Sequence record: MN871451.1
Strand: one strand, 5' to 3'
Length of the DNA stretch: 64,000 nucleotides
A program made the position numbers and the translations under genes. The notes below the pieces were generated by a model. It worked only from the letters and a program-made list of their open reading frames with translations, ran no database searches and was not told the DNA's origin. Below are positions 9,550 to 20,459 of this stretch, one piece after another. Position 1 is the first letter of the stretch; each line of letters starts with the position of its first letter.

Positions 9550-10851
9550 ATGTTAGATGAAAAAATTACCCGACTCTCACTGCCTGCATTTGAGTCAATT
9601 GACTTTCAGGGCTACGACCCTGTTTGTAAGAAACTGATCATTACGATAGAAGACTACCGTACAGAGAGTAACGGTGAGGTAAATGAAAAAGTAAACAAAG
9701 CATTCTGCACGATTTTTCAACGAATCCTGAGAGACCGTTTCAAACTGAAAGGACTCACGTTCCAAATAATCCCGGAAAGAGGTTTCAACGCCATCGCCCA
9801 AACCCCGTCTATTGTTAAAAACAGCGTGATGGTCAGAACGTACAGCAATCAACTTGGTCACGCGGGTGCCGGTAAAGCCGCAATAGATAAGAACCTCAAT
9901 AATGGGGTAGGTTGGGTGAACCGTGCCACAGCGACAGTAGGCGGGTTTTTCCAGGAAATGCCGTGTTCGGTGATGGTGACCCAAGAGTTAATCTCTAGCC
10001 CGGATGTTAACCCAGACGAAGTGGTCGCTATCATTCTCCATGAAGTCGGTCACATCTTTACGTATCTCGAGACCCTGGCTTATACTTTCAGTACCTGCTT
10101 TATCCTTGTTGATACAGTTAAACGTCTTGAGAAATCGAATTCACCAGAAGAAAAAGTCAAAATTCTGATGAGCGTGGAAAACTTCTCCGGGATTAAAATC
10201 AGCAATCTTGATGTCGTCGCCGAGGAAGACATCAATCCTGACGTATTGGCCATTTCGATTTTCTCTGATATTTACGACCAAACGAAGTCTGAATTCGGTG
10301 CCAGCATTTACGACATGCGATCATGGGAGAGTCTGTCCGACCAATTTTCTTCCCGTATGGGTTTGACCGTACCGCTGGCCACTGGGTTGGATAAAATCCA
10401 AAAGAACATGACCGAGAAAACACTCAAAGATCATTTCCAGTTATGGGGAATGAAAATTATTCGGTTCTTCTTCATTCTTGGTTTTGCGGTAAACAAGTTC
10501 GGTTTTAACTTCCGTAAATACATTGAACTACTGGTACTTTTAATCAAACCCGTAGATCGCGTTTACGATAAAGCAGACGAGCGTTTAGAAAGGCTACGTC
10601 AGGATATTATCCAACGGATGAAAGAACCTGGTCTTCTGCCTGAAGAACGTGTGGAGCTGAGTCAGAATATCGATGTTATTGCCAATCTGAAAAGTAATCT
10701 CGATGAAGAAAGCTATTATGAAAAACTCTGGTTGTTCTTCTCGAGTAAGTTACGCGACCAAAAAGAAAAACGTATCTTACTGCAAGATCTCCAAGCCGTG
10801 GCGAATAACAATCTCTTCGCTGCTGCGAATTTACTCAACACGTTGAAATAA
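9550..10851 (+). CDS. Putative head protein with a zincin HExxH motif (phiKZ gp83-like position)
   Basis: AIILHEVGH, N-terminal AFES protease-type site, SD GAGGAG, hydrophobic stretch near residues 300-330. Confidence 0.65.
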   Translation: MLDEKITRLSLPAFESIDFQGYDPVCKKLIITIEDYRTESNGEVNEKVNKAFCTIFQRILRDRFKLKGLTFQIIPERGFNAIAQTPSIVKNSVMVRTYSNQLGHAGAGKAAIDKNLNNGVGWVNRATATVGGFFQEMPCSVMVTQELISSPDVNPDEVVAIILHEVGHIFTYLETLAYTFSTCFILVDTVKRLEKSNSPEEKVKILMSVENFSGIKISNLDVVAEEDINPDVLAISIFSDIYDQTKSEFGASIYDMRSWESLSDQFSSRMGLTVPLATGLDKIQKNMTEKTLKDHFQLWGMKIIRFFFILGFAVNKFGFNFRKYIELLVLLIKPVDRVYDKADERLERLRQDIIQRMKEPGLLPEERVELSQNIDVIANLKSNLDEESYYEKLWLFFSSKLRDQKEKRILLQDLQAVANNNLFAAANLLNTLK

Positions 10852-10857
10852 GGATTA

Positions 10858-11319
10858 ATGATGAATCGTCAATTCGTCCAAGACATCGTTGAACCGCTGA
10901 CTAAAGTGGTTGGTGTCGACAAAGTCAGACTTTCTCTGGCACTGGCTATCGGTTTGGGGTACGCCTTACCTTTACCTAATGCCGCCGTTGAAAACCCGGC
11001 AGTTTGGTACCAGGAACAATACCGTTGGAAGGTCACCCAGTTTGTTTCTGAATTTAACGAACGTTTCTTGGTGGATATTAATCTGGTACAGGCCGGCGTT
11101 CACGAAGTGTGGTTAGGACGCTACCGTGCCTGTCATGTCCATACCCAAGCCGAGGTGGAAGCGGTACTGACCGGTAATACGCCTGCTGCGGTATTCCTGG
11201 CGCAATACGCAGGTGACGGGATGGACTACTCGGTTGTTGCAAATGCCGCCTTCTTATTGAAGGACAAGATCACCCCGGTTATTCTCGATATGTCGCGTCC
11301 GGGAGCGGCAGTGAAATAA
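10858..11319 (+). CDS. Hypothetical protein, probably virion
   Basis: 153 aa, SD AAGGA, within the head-gene operon. Confidence 0.65.
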   Translation: MMNRQFVQDIVEPLTKVVGVDKVRLSLALAIGLGYALPLPNAAVENPAVWYQEQYRWKVTQFVSEFNERFLVDINLVQAGVHEVWLGRYRACHVHTQAEVEAVLTGNTPAAVFLAQYAGDGMDYSVVANAAFLLKDKITPVILDMSRPGAAVK

Positions 11320-11331
11320 GGGTTTAAAAAG

Positions 11332-12351
11332 ATGACCATCACTACGTTGGAATATCAGCGCCCGCATTTCCCTCCTGGTCTTCGTTGTCGAATCGCGGAG
11401 ATGGTCAGTGATAAATCTACGGATACTGAAGCGCAATCGAGCGCTTCAGTGCTCGATGTCTTTTTACCGAAGATACATTACGTAGATGAGGGACTTGCGT
11501 TATTCTTTAGCGCCAAGAAAGCACTCGATAATCTTATCGAACAGAATACCTTAATCAATGATTGTCTGGTGTACATGCGAACGGTTCGCCCGCATACGCC
11601 GATTGATGATCCGGGTTTAAAAGTTGCGATTCAGGCACTCAATGCGAAACGCACTGGGTTCACTGATCAATTTTATCGTAACGGTGTTTTGGTTGAAGAG
11701 TATTTTTCGGCCGTTAAAACGATCTACATGGATCTCCCTGACCTTATTCAAGGAACACGAAGTTTTTCTTCCGGGGTAATCCATCCGTTACTCGATAACG
11801 ACCCAGAACTCATTGCGGAAACCTTCTCGAATTTAGAGAAATGCCGCGACCAGAATTACCACAAACATTTTGATTTACATTGCCGTCAATTACGGAACCG
11901 TGACGTCAGCGAATCGCTTCTCCCTACTATCGAAGAAAACTTCATCCCAACCTCAGGTAACGAAGTCTGTTGGCCAAACAGTTATTTGACCAATGACCCT
12001 ATTCAGAACCTCAGAGAGTTTATCCCGGAAGTTATTCGAGAAGGCGTAGATGAAGTTAAATCCCAGGTTTTGGCGCTTCGTTTCAATATTGTAAAAAACA
12101 CGCTAATTAAAACTTTACTGGCCGAAGCGAAAACACCGTTGCTCCAAGCTTGGACACGGACAGCCGAACAGATTCGTCTTTTAATGTTCCTTTTGGATAC
12201 GCACCTTTCTGTCCAAGAGAGCGCTCTAACGATCCAGCGTCAATATCTAAAATTACAATTAGATGCAGAGAAAGATACCGCTCTAAAAGCCGTCATTATG
12301 ATTAAGCTGAAACCCATTTTAAGCGAGAACCAAGACAATGGAAACGAATAA
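11332..12351 (+). CDS. Hypothetical protein, probably a head protein
   Basis: 339 aa, SD AAGG, N-terminal TLEY protease-like site, overlaps the next gene. Confidence 0.65.
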   Translation: MTITTLEYQRPHFPPGLRCRIAEMVSDKSTDTEAQSSASVLDVFLPKIHYVDEGLALFFSAKKALDNLIEQNTLINDCLVYMRTVRPHTPIDDPGLKVAIQALNAKRTGFTDQFYRNGVLVEEYFSAVKTIYMDLPDLIQGTRSFSSGVIHPLLDNDPELIAETFSNLEKCRDQNYHKHFDLHCRQLRNRDVSESLLPTIEENFIPTSGNEVCWPNSYLTNDPIQNLREFIPEVIREGVDEVKSQVLALRFNIVKNTLIKTLLAEAKTPLLQAWTRTAEQIRLLMFLLDTHLSVQESALTIQRQYLKLQLDAEKDTALKAVIMIKLKPILSENQDNGNE

Positions 12352-13573
12352 TCAAATTGTGAAGCCGGTACCCGGCGTATTCACGTTTGTCGGTGAGGAC
12401 GGTAAAAATCTCCGCGATATCGTCATGGAGTTAAATAACCAGTGGTCGTTTTACATGGTGAAACGTGTGGGTGACGATGCGCAACTTGAGGCACTGGAAG
12501 AGACACTCGAAGATGTGGAGAAGAACGGTGTTGATCGTGCCAGTATGGCGGCAGTGGAAGCTCTGAATATTCTCCCCTTCCCCGATCATTACCCGACTAA
12601 CTCTTATACCCTGAAGCGTTCCAAAACACAACAGAACGTCGCCTGTGAAGAGATCATTAAACAGATCGGTCATTCCATTTTAAGCATGATCAAACGGGCG
12701 TTAAAATGGGTGGGTGAGAAAATCAAAGCCTTTGGTGAATTTTTTAACAAGGCAATCGGGAAGGTCAAACGGGAAGAGACTGATGCGTTTCTGAAAAAGG
12801 TTGACGAACTGGGCTTCCAATTTAAGATGCGCAGCAAAGAAGAAATCGTTAACGACGAAAAGCTTTCCCCTATCGCTGCTGCCATCAACGATAACTACAG
12901 CCAATATAGCGCCAGGGCGATCACGGATACAAACTTGCACAAAGCACTCGGTGCCTTTATTAGACATCCGGGTAAAATCGTTGACTATCTCGAGACGAAC
13001 GTGGACCGCCTTGAAGCGTTAGTGAAGGCTGTAGTAACTGGGAAGTGGGACGAGGGTCACGAGATCACTTCCGCAGAGAGCACCGGGTTTAAGTCAACGG
13101 ATCTCGAGAAGATCTTTAAGTTGTTGAACGCAGAAGGCGACAGCACACTGGAAAAAATCAAAAGTGGTTATCAAACATTGGCCGATCTTAAAGAAGTCGC
13201 CGTCAATAATGATATTGCTTTTGACAGCACCAAGATCGCCGACCTTTGTAAACATGCGTACGATAACTTAAAAGTCGAAACCTCCCTGTTACTGTTCAGC
13301 GATGCCGATGGTGATCGAATCATTGCGGTTTCAAAGCGGGTACATGCTTCATTGTCAGCGACCGAGAAGTTAGTTGAGCAGTCGAAATATAACGACCGTG
13401 ATAAAACCGTTGTTCAGCAGATCCGTCACGTCAGTGAACACGTCCATGAATGTTTGACCATTCTGCAATTTGTGACGGACGTCTCGCTGGACTTTTACGA
13501 TGACAACCGCCGCTGGTTGAAACGACTTTACATCTACATGGTTAGTGCACAACCCGAATCTACCGATGCGTGA
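12338..13573 (+). CDS. Internal head protein of the phiKZ gp93-type paralogue family
   Basis: Propeptide with ALEE and AVEA sites, then VACEEIIKQIGHSILSMIKRALKWVGEKI, an amphipathic helix pattern shared with the array at 20460-26776. Confidence 0.65.
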   Translation: METNNQIVKPVPGVFTFVGEDGKNLRDIVMELNNQWSFYMVKRVGDDAQLEALEETLEDVEKNGVDRASMAAVEALNILPFPDHYPTNSYTLKRSKTQQNVACEEIIKQIGHSILSMIKRALKWVGEKIKAFGEFFNKAIGKVKREETDAFLKKVDELGFQFKMRSKEEIVNDEKLSPIAAAINDNYSQYSARAITDTNLHKALGAFIRHPGKIVDYLETNVDRLEALVKAVVTGKWDEGHEITSAESTGFKSTDLEKIFKLLNAEGDSTLEKIKSGYQTLADLKEVAVNNDIAFDSTKIADLCKHAYDNLKVETSLLLFSDADGDRIIAVSKRVHASLSATEKLVEQSKYNDRDKTVVQQIRHVSEHVHECLTILQFVTDVSLDFYDDNRRWLKRLYIYMVSAQPESTDA

Positions 13574-13576
13574 TAA

Positions 13577-13609
13577 ATAGACTGAGAGGCGAATGCCTCT
13601 CAGTCTATG
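13577..13609 (+). terminator. 14-bp hairpin with an overlapping TATG
   Basis: ATAGACTGAGAGGC-gaat-GCCTCTCAGTCTAT, TATG at 13606-13609, no U-tract, convergent genes. Confidence 0.75.
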
Positions 13610-13613
13610 TGCT

Positions 13614-16520
13614 TTAGTTACTTACCGTATGGTTTTTAAACAGAAACTCAATGTTTTCTTTCACGGCGTATTTACCGTCCTCGGTGTATTCAATCACCCG
13701 ATCAATGGTAGGTTGAACCGATGCGTCAGAAAGCGTGAAGGTGGTCATCTCCGTCCCTTGTGCGTACATGTTGATATCAAAGCCGACTACGTTCTCATCG
13801 AGCTGTGGTTTCAACAACGTAACCAGTGTTGAGACAGAAACGGTTTCGTTTCGGATACCATCGTTCAGAATCTTCGCGGCCAACGTCTGCAACGCAGCCC
13901 GATAGTCCATATCACGATACGCCGTCCCAGTTAAATAGAACTTCACGGAAAAGGTCAGTGACGAGTCAATAACTTTCTCCACCCCGTCATCAACGACAAC
14001 CGAAATTGGACCGAAGCCGCGTTTCGGGTAGAGGTAGATATTGGTTTTCTCCAGGACTGCGTTTCCTAATTCCGCTAATTTCTCGAGTTGCGTATTAGCC
14101 AGATTATTTGCTGTCCATTTCAAATCTGTTAAATCCGTATCCTGAGAGACGTAGGCGTAGTTACCGTCAAAGATCAAGAGATCGATGAGACGAAGTACCG
14201 GTCTTGCGGATACGGGAACCGGATTACCGCCACTGTCTAAAACAGGGTCGCCTGCCTTATGTAAGACAATCGGGTTACCCGAACCATCCACTTTTTGATC
14301 CCCTGATTTGTGAGCATAAGAGATCACCGGTTGACCATTTTCAATGACAAAGACCGGGACACCGTTTGCATCGTATTCCGGGATGTCTGCGGTGTAATAA
14401 TCGTAGACGTCACTTGCGTAGGTCTGATAAACGTAAGAACCGGCTACGTTACGTGCACCGTGCCAGAGTCGTTCTAACGCTGTACCAAATTTCAGCGTAA
14501 CAAACTCTTGCGAGATCCCTTTCGTGTCGTCAGGGAGTAAAAACTCACCGAGCAATCCGTCGATCGCCGAATACTGATAACCGTCGTCAACATCACCGCT
14601 GACCGCATGTAATAACATAAACTCCGTTTCTAACGGTAATGCCAGTTTACGCGGCTCTTCCTCAAAGATACTGAAGTTGGTGATAATGAGATTGTTGTCA
14701 CTGTCCAGATCGAAGTTGGTTTTAAAGTCAAACGCCCAGACTGCCGTTTTCCCGGTAATCCCCATAAAGGTTCCGTTCAGATAAGCATAAGCGTTTTCCC
14801 CGGCAGGGATAAAGGCCAACTGAACATGACGGTTACTTGCCTCGATGTTTAAGTAACTCTGCCCCACTGTGCAAGCAATGGTCAGTCGGTAGCCTGTTGT
14901 CGTACGGGTGATGTTGAAACCGGTTGTACTGACGTCAATCAGGAGCGTGGCGTTGTCACGGATAAAACGGCGTTTGGTTTGTTCCGGGTTTTGCAGGTAA
15001 TACGGTCGTAATGAGAACGCATTCGAACTCGTATCTAATACGTAATGGAACGGAGTAAACGCGTAGTTCGCTTGGTTGATTCCATTGACAAATGTTTCCG
15101 GGGTTTTATACAGTACTTCCGGTCGCATGTTATTATCGACCAGTGATAACACCCCGTTAGTTAACGAGAAGAGCACTTCCGGCGATAACGTAATACGATC
15201 ACCGTTATCGTAAACACCCTGGACTTTCGTTAACTTTTCAATACTGGTTTGAAGCGTCGTCATCGCTGCGGGAATCCCTGCATTGAGAATTGATTCCGGT
15301 GCAGTAGGCATATTCGTGGTCGCCAGATAAAGACGATCAACAATGTCATCTCTGGATTTGACAATATCAAACCCTAACAAATTCAAGCGTGCAGAAATTT
15401 GTGCCGGAGTAATAGGAGTATTATCTACGCTATTAGAAACGTTAAAAATACTTCTTTCACGAAGTTCCTCAAACGTCAAACCGTCTGATCCCCCAGTGAT
15501 CGCTTCTGTCGACGTCCACGCATAAGGGAGGTTAGGAATACTCGATGAGTAGTTGTCGAGATCAGGAATCTCGGCGTCTTTTCCCCAGGTGATCTGAAAC
15601 TTCTCGGTTGCGAAGTTAGTCAGGTCTTCGTAGATCTCGCCTTGCGTAGTATAAACGTCGATACGAAGGTTACCAGAGACTAAGCCCGCTGTGTAATAGA
15701 TAGGCGGGATCGTAACGTTAAGAACCCCGTCGCCTACTTGCAATACCGCCGTGGGAGACGATGCGTCGTAAACCTGAAGAGAGTGCGTAGTACCGAGTTC
15801 TTTCCAATTTCCGCTTGTTCCCTGGAAAACACGGGCGTAGTAATATTTGTCAGTGAACGGTACCGCGAAACGAGAATTACCGTCGGAGATCTGTTCGATG
15901 ATACTGTTCCTGGCCAACTGGAACATGGGGATCTCAATCTGCAAATAAGTTGCTTGATCGCTCGTGGCGTCTTTTAAGAACTGCCAGTTCAGAACGTTAT
16001 CAGTCAAAGTTTGAATCGGACTGGTCTCGTCGGTGTTGAACACCACTTGTAAACCGTCATGCGGGAGCTGTCGAATCTCAATCGGGTAGAGAAGCGTTAA
16101 CGGGTAATCACCGCCTGGTCTGACTTCAGTGTAACGCGGAATCACCACGCGTTTCAGGTTGGTGTCAGGGACCTCGATCATGCTGGCAATAATGTCATCG
16201 TAGCTCACAGTGTACCGCATGGTGACTTTCCCCGGTGAACTAAAACGACCGAGGTAATCAACGTCAGAAAGATGGCCATAAAGGTCCATGTAGTTCTGCG
16301 CAAGTAAACGATAATGGCGACGGTCTAACGCAAAGTTTTCTTGGATATGATAAGCCGCCATCGAACTGCTCGCTTCGAGCAAGTGAATAGCGGGCGCATT
16401 TACATCCACTAACGAGTCACCGTTCAATTTGCTCGTCAGGAATTCGATCCCTACACGCTGAAAGGATTCCGGGTTAATCGGTGCGCGCGCTAACGCCGCA
16501 CTAACGTCGTAATCAGACAT
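13614..16520 (-). CDS. Baseplate wedge protein, T4 gp6 / P2 gpJ-like (phiKZ gp87-like)
   Basis: 968 aa containing the baseplate-J signature TGGSDGLTFEELRERS followed by ITPAQI. Confidence 0.75.
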   Translation of the reverse strand: MSDYDVSAALARAPINPESFQRVGIEFLTSKLNGDSLVDVNAPAIHLLEASSSMAAYHIQENFALDRRHYRLLAQNYMDLYGHLSDVDYLGRFSSPGKVTMRYTVSYDDIIASMIEVPDTNLKRVVIPRYTEVRPGGDYPLTLLYPIEIRQLPHDGLQVVFNTDETSPIQTLTDNVLNWQFLKDATSDQATYLQIEIPMFQLARNSIIEQISDGNSRFAVPFTDKYYYARVFQGTSGNWKELGTTHSLQVYDASSPTAVLQVGDGVLNVTIPPIYYTAGLVSGNLRIDVYTTQGEIYEDLTNFATEKFQITWGKDAEIPDLDNYSSSIPNLPYAWTSTEAITGGSDGLTFEELRERSIFNVSNSVDNTPITPAQISARLNLLGFDIVKSRDDIVDRLYLATTNMPTAPESILNAGIPAAMTTLQTSIEKLTKVQGVYDNGDRITLSPEVLFSLTNGVLSLVDNNMRPEVLYKTPETFVNGINQANYAFTPFHYVLDTSSNAFSLRPYYLQNPEQTKRRFIRDNATLLIDVSTTGFNITRTTTGYRLTIACTVGQSYLNIEASNRHVQLAFIPAGENAYAYLNGTFMGITGKTAVWAFDFKTNFDLDSDNNLIITNFSIFEEEPRKLALPLETEFMLLHAVSGDVDDGYQYSAIDGLLGEFLLPDDTKGISQEFVTLKFGTALERLWHGARNVAGSYVYQTYASDVYDYYTADIPEYDANGVPVFVIENGQPVISYAHKSGDQKVDGSGNPIVLHKAGDPVLDSGGNPVPVSARPVLRLIDLLIFDGNYAYVSQDTDLTDLKWTANNLANTQLEKLAELGNAVLEKTNIYLYPKRGFGPISVVVDDGVEKVIDSSLTFSVKFYLTGTAYRDMDYRAALQTLAAKILNDGIRNETVSVSTLVTLLKPQLDENVVGFDINMYAQGTEMTTFTLSDASVQPTIDRVIEYTEDGKYAVKENIEFLFKNHTVSN

Positions 16521-17695
16521 TAATTGTCTCCTGATTTCGTGAGGTCAAGGGTATCCCAAACATTAGACTGATAACCGGTATAAGTGTCATCAGTATCGTT
16601 AGGGAGTGCGTTATAGTCGTAGTTAGGAACAGCGTAATTGTTCGCCATGATTAAGTCGTAAATCGGTTTCTCGATAAACCAGCAGAGTTCTCGAGTATAC
16701 GGATGAATGAGAGGGTAACAATAATAGTTCAGGTATTCTCGTTGATCGGGAGTGACACGATAATAGTTGTTACTCTTCACCGCGATATTACTTTTGTTTA
16801 AACTGGTTTCATTGATGATACGCAGATCCGGGTTAAACATGGCCACGACTTTATTAAATTGACGAATCAATAACGGATCGTCATAAATCGCACCGTAAGC
16901 GTCAAACTGAATGGAAATCAGATCCGTACTGCGGTCGTAGTTATCGTCCGCATCAAAGTTCATGACACCGCCACGTGGGTTAGTGATAGGGAACGCATAA
17001 CCGGTGGCTCCAATCTGTTGAACAAAGCGCCGACCGGGGTCCAATATCAGACGATAAATACGTGTGGTGTAATCCATTCGATTACGGTAAATATTTCGGC
17101 TCCACGGCTTCATCTTTTTGGTGCGGATATTTTCCATATAGCGTTCCCAGACATCGAAGAGTCTGAGAACCGGGGAACCGTCAACGTTAGCGAATGAAGC
17201 TGTCAATTGATAGTTACCACGGATGTTGTAATAGCCGTCTGCCATCCCCCATTGTTCACCGGCAATCCCTTCATTACTGGTGTATTTACCAATGGCGTTG
17301 TCAGGGAAACCTGAAACGCTTTTTAAGGTATTCGTTAAAACGCACATGAAAGGGTTACGTGGATTGACCAACTTACAACTGTAATCAAAGTTAGGATCAC
17401 TTGAGCCCACGGGGTCGAGAATCGCACGAATCGCACGAGGATACGTGATCTCGTCAGTGGAAATCAAATCGGTCAGCGTCCTATCTTGTGTAACGTTGTC
17501 CCTGTGTAAGTTCAGGTCTGGACGAGTAAAAAATGTGAGACCTACCTGATCTCGTTGCGCCGGAACGACCTGTCCTCTTGCTCGATAATTTAACCCGAAC
17601 AACATTTCATAGGCCGCAGCACGACGAGAACCCAGACCACCCGCACGAAAAACGAGGTCCAGGTTGTCTTGCATGATTTGGTTATATGAAGCCAT
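16520..17695 (-). CDS. Tail-tube-fold baseplate protein, T4 gp48/gp54-like (phiKZ gp88-like)
   Basis: LTASFANVDG...LFDVWERY and AFPITNP...MNFD...ISIQFD resemble tube-protein motifs. Translationally coupled to the wedge gene. Confidence 0.65.
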   Translation of the reverse strand: MASYNQIMQDNLDLVFRAGGLGSRRAAAYEMLFGLNYRARGQVVPAQRDQVGLTFFTRPDLNLHRDNVTQDRTLTDLISTDEITYPRAIRAILDPVGSSDPNFDYSCKLVNPRNPFMCVLTNTLKSVSGFPDNAIGKYTSNEGIAGEQWGMADGYYNIRGNYQLTASFANVDGSPVLRLFDVWERYMENIRTKKMKPWSRNIYRNRMDYTTRIYRLILDPGRRFVQQIGATGYAFPITNPRGGVMNFDADDNYDRSTDLISIQFDAYGAIYDDPLLIRQFNKVVAMFNPDLRIINETSLNKSNIAVKSNNYYRVTPDQREYLNYYCYPLIHPYTRELCWFIEKPIYDLIMANNYAVPNYDYNALPNDTDDTYTGYQSNVWDTLDLTKSGDN

Positions 17696-17730
17696 TACTC
17701 CACTCCTTTATTTAACACAGAGGAAACTAG

Positions 17731-18981
17731 ATGAAACTGTCAGTAGAAAGTATTGCCATTCCTACTATGACCGCGGTGATGACTGCAGTGGGTGCAGCGG
17801 GTAGTAACTGGAAGGCAGAAGCCAAAAATAACCGAGCCAGTGATGTTTTTTCTGATTCACTCATTGAATACACTCAGCCGACCCGTATTGAGCCACTCAC
17901 GTTAGTAGAACAAAATCTATGGCGTGAACCGTATATGGAAGATCTGATGCAGACCCTGCTCAACATCTTCTCTGGGTATTACATGCAGGCTGTCGCCCTT
18001 GCTGCCGAAATCAAAGGGATCTCGGTCACTAAACGTTTAGAACGTTTTAATCCGAAACGTGATCCGTTGAACAACCTTGCTGACGCCGTCATCGGTGCCG
18101 TCGCGCTTGAGGACGGTACCAAGTTTGGTTTGCCGTCTTTAGAGAACATGAATGTCTTGGCTAAGGCCAATCAAGTCGGGGCCATTAACTGGTCGGTTCA
18201 TAGTACCGAGGCAATGCGCGTCGGTCACAACCCTAATCCGATGAGTAATGAGGGTATCGACGAACAAAACGACAAACCAGCCCGCGGCGCTAAACCGATT
18301 TCCGCTGAACTGGTATCGAAAGAAACTCTCCAGGCGTTACGTGACAACAGTAACCTGGCAGTGGGTAAAATGCTCGAAGTCACTGTGGCAGTTGACGAGA
18401 GCCAAATAAAAGTTCCGGTCAACGTTCGTCTGCAGACTGTCCCGGTCCCCACGCGCAGCATGACTCTCTTCCTGACCGCTGGCGCTCAGAACCGCAACCT
18501 CAAAGAACGCTGGTACGAATTCAAAGCGGATAAACTGACTTTCTTCGCTGACCTGATTGGCGTCCGCGATCTGTTAGACGAGCACCGTAAAAACATCATT
18601 AAAGATGAAACCGGCCTTTACCTGAAACAGATTCAGCAGAAGCGTAAGAACACCCTGGCTGGTCTGATCTCCGGTCGTCCGTCCGTTGCCTCCGCTTCAA
18701 ACATCGTGGTCATCACAGAGGAACAGCGCGTAATCCTGGAACGCGAACTGAACATTAAACTCTCCACTTTAGCAGGTCGCCGTACGCTCGAACGTAACTC
18801 CGGTATTATGTTATTGGTCGTCGTTGATCGGAGTTTCGAACAAGTTGAAATCTTCCACCGCGGGATTGAAGGGTCTACTGAGCTGTCAATCAACGCCATG
18901 AAAAATGCCTCGAAGAATACCGGGCCAGACGTCATGAAGATTTTCGAGATGTACAAATCAATGAAAGCGCCTACTTTCTAA
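17731..18981 (+). CDS. Head protein with a cleavable propeptide (phiKZ gp89-like position)
   Basis: 416 aa, SD GAGGA, SVES/ALED/SLEN/STEA sites, highly-expressed codon bias. Confidence 0.65.
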   Translation: MKLSVESIAIPTMTAVMTAVGAAGSNWKAEAKNNRASDVFSDSLIEYTQPTRIEPLTLVEQNLWREPYMEDLMQTLLNIFSGYYMQAVALAAEIKGISVTKRLERFNPKRDPLNNLADAVIGAVALEDGTKFGLPSLENMNVLAKANQVGAINWSVHSTEAMRVGHNPNPMSNEGIDEQNDKPARGAKPISAELVSKETLQALRDNSNLAVGKMLEVTVAVDESQIKVPVNVRLQTVPVPTRSMTLFLTAGAQNRNLKERWYEFKADKLTFFADLIGVRDLLDEHRKNIIKDETGLYLKQIQQKRKNTLAGLISGRPSVASASNIVVITEEQRVILERELNIKLSTLAGRRTLERNSGIMLLVVVDRSFEQVEIFHRGIEGSTELSINAMKNASKNTGPDVMKIFEMYKSMKAPTF

Positions 18982-18995
18982 GGGAGAGCAAAATC

Positions 18996-19901
18996 ATGTT
19001 GAAAGATTTTTTCAGATCACTGGTCCCTAACTTCGAGCGCTCGCGCATTATCGAAGAATATGAGCTGGCCAGAAAGAGCCTTATTGAAGAAACCCTGCCG
19101 CCGTATAAAACAGCCGCAGAGAACAAACTCTTCATCGGGAACAACCCGTTTAAATCACCAGCGATCAAACGTATCAACGCTTTGTACGTTCGTGAAACGG
19201 GTGCGCGTTCTAATTTCGTGAATTCACTGGCGATGGTTATCAGTAACCTGGCTGAAGGGATGCCGAATTTAGAGGCTGCTTTAGATTCGTCGTTTAAAAC
19301 CGAAGCCATTATGAAAAATGGTCTGACGTACAACAAGATCTCGTTGATGCGCGTTGTCAGTCTGATCAATTTCTTCAGTCTCTACTCGCGCCGGGTACTG
19401 CTGTACACTTACGGTAAAGAGATTCCGGAGCTGGGTAAAGATTATGGTGCTACGGTTGAACCGTTTACCAAAGGCGAAGTGAAATGGCTCGAAGATCACC
19501 TAGTGAACTTCTGCCGTTGTGCGAAAGTCTTTGCGCAACCTATGCGCCAGGTTCTGAACACTCTTGAGTCTGTGCCTGATATCGTTTACGATCCGGGTAA
19601 AGAAGACGACGTGAATGCGATGGTCGGGAAACAGAAAGTCGACCCGCTGCGCATGGGATTCGTTCCTGTTGTCTCTGACATCATCTGGTTCATCGGTTCC
19701 CATTACGTTGAGTACCAGGCCGAGAGCTTCAAACGTGCCAAAGAAGAACGCCGAGCACTGGAACTTCGTCTGGCACAGATGATGGCAGCAAAACAAGGTC
19801 AAGGCGACGCTGCACAGGATAAAGTCATTGAAGTCACCGAACAACGGCTCCGTGACCTTAACTATAAGATTTCCAAATGGGAACGCGAATACGGAGTGTA
19901 A
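18996..19901 (+). CDS. Head protein (phiKZ gp90-like position)
   Basis: 301 aa, SD GGGAG, C-terminal coiled coil (KRAKEERRALELRLAQ...). Confidence 0.65.
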   Translation: MLKDFFRSLVPNFERSRIIEEYELARKSLIEETLPPYKTAAENKLFIGNNPFKSPAIKRINALYVRETGARSNFVNSLAMVISNLAEGMPNLEAALDSSFKTEAIMKNGLTYNKISLMRVVSLINFFSLYSRRVLLYTYGKEIPELGKDYGATVEPFTKGEVKWLEDHLVNFCRCAKVFAQPMRQVLNTLESVPDIVYDPGKEDDVNAMVGKQKVDPLRMGFVPVVSDIIWFIGSHYVEYQAESFKRAKEERRALELRLAQMMAAKQGQGDAAQDKVIEVTEQRLRDLNYKISKWEREYGV

Positions 19902-19906
19902 GTACG

Positions 19907-20434
19907 ATGAACATTCAGTCTTACCAATTCAGTCCGATTGGCTTCCGCTCCCCCCTCTATGAGGGGGGTAAAACCGAACCTGAGCCGGATGACCTGATTA
20001 CTACCGCATGGGAAACGTTGACGACTGACCCGAAAGGTGACGCCAGCTCCTGGGAGTTTCGTCGTAAGGTTATTAACCGGGCGATGGATCTGTTCCGTTT
20101 CTTCCCTGAGTGGTTACAGGCGCAAGAAGAAAACCCAAAACTCACGCCCCATATGCGCGCCTTTTTAGAGGATACACTTTCCTTTATTAATACAGGCCGC
20201 CGCCGGATGGCAATCGTCTCTCGCGCTTACTGTCTACAGGCAGAACGAGAGTTACCGAACAAACCAAAATATCGTCGTGGTCGTTCAACACCAAAACTTA
20301 AAATGATGTTGAATATCGACGGCAAAGATTATATGTATCATTGGTTGAAGCACGATAACGGCTTTGAAGACCTCTTGGCGACCGTCAACGTCATCTTCGG
20401 CGAAATAAGTCACGTCGCCGGTAGTAGCCGGTAA
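19907..20434 (+). CDS. Hypothetical protein, probably virion
   Basis: Start placed at ATG 19907 (MNIQSY) after GGAG rather than at 19877, which overlaps the upstream gene. Confidence 0.65.
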   Translation: MNIQSYQFSPIGFRSPLYEGGKTEPEPDDLITTAWETLTTDPKGDASSWEFRRKVINRAMDLFRFFPEWLQAQEENPKLTPHMRAFLEDTLSFINTGRRRMAIVSRAYCLQAERELPNKPKYRRGRSTPKLKMMLNIDGKDYMYHWLKHDNGFEDLLATVNVIFGEISHVAGSSR

Positions 20435-20459
20435 ACCCCCTCTCCAGGAGAATTTGTAA

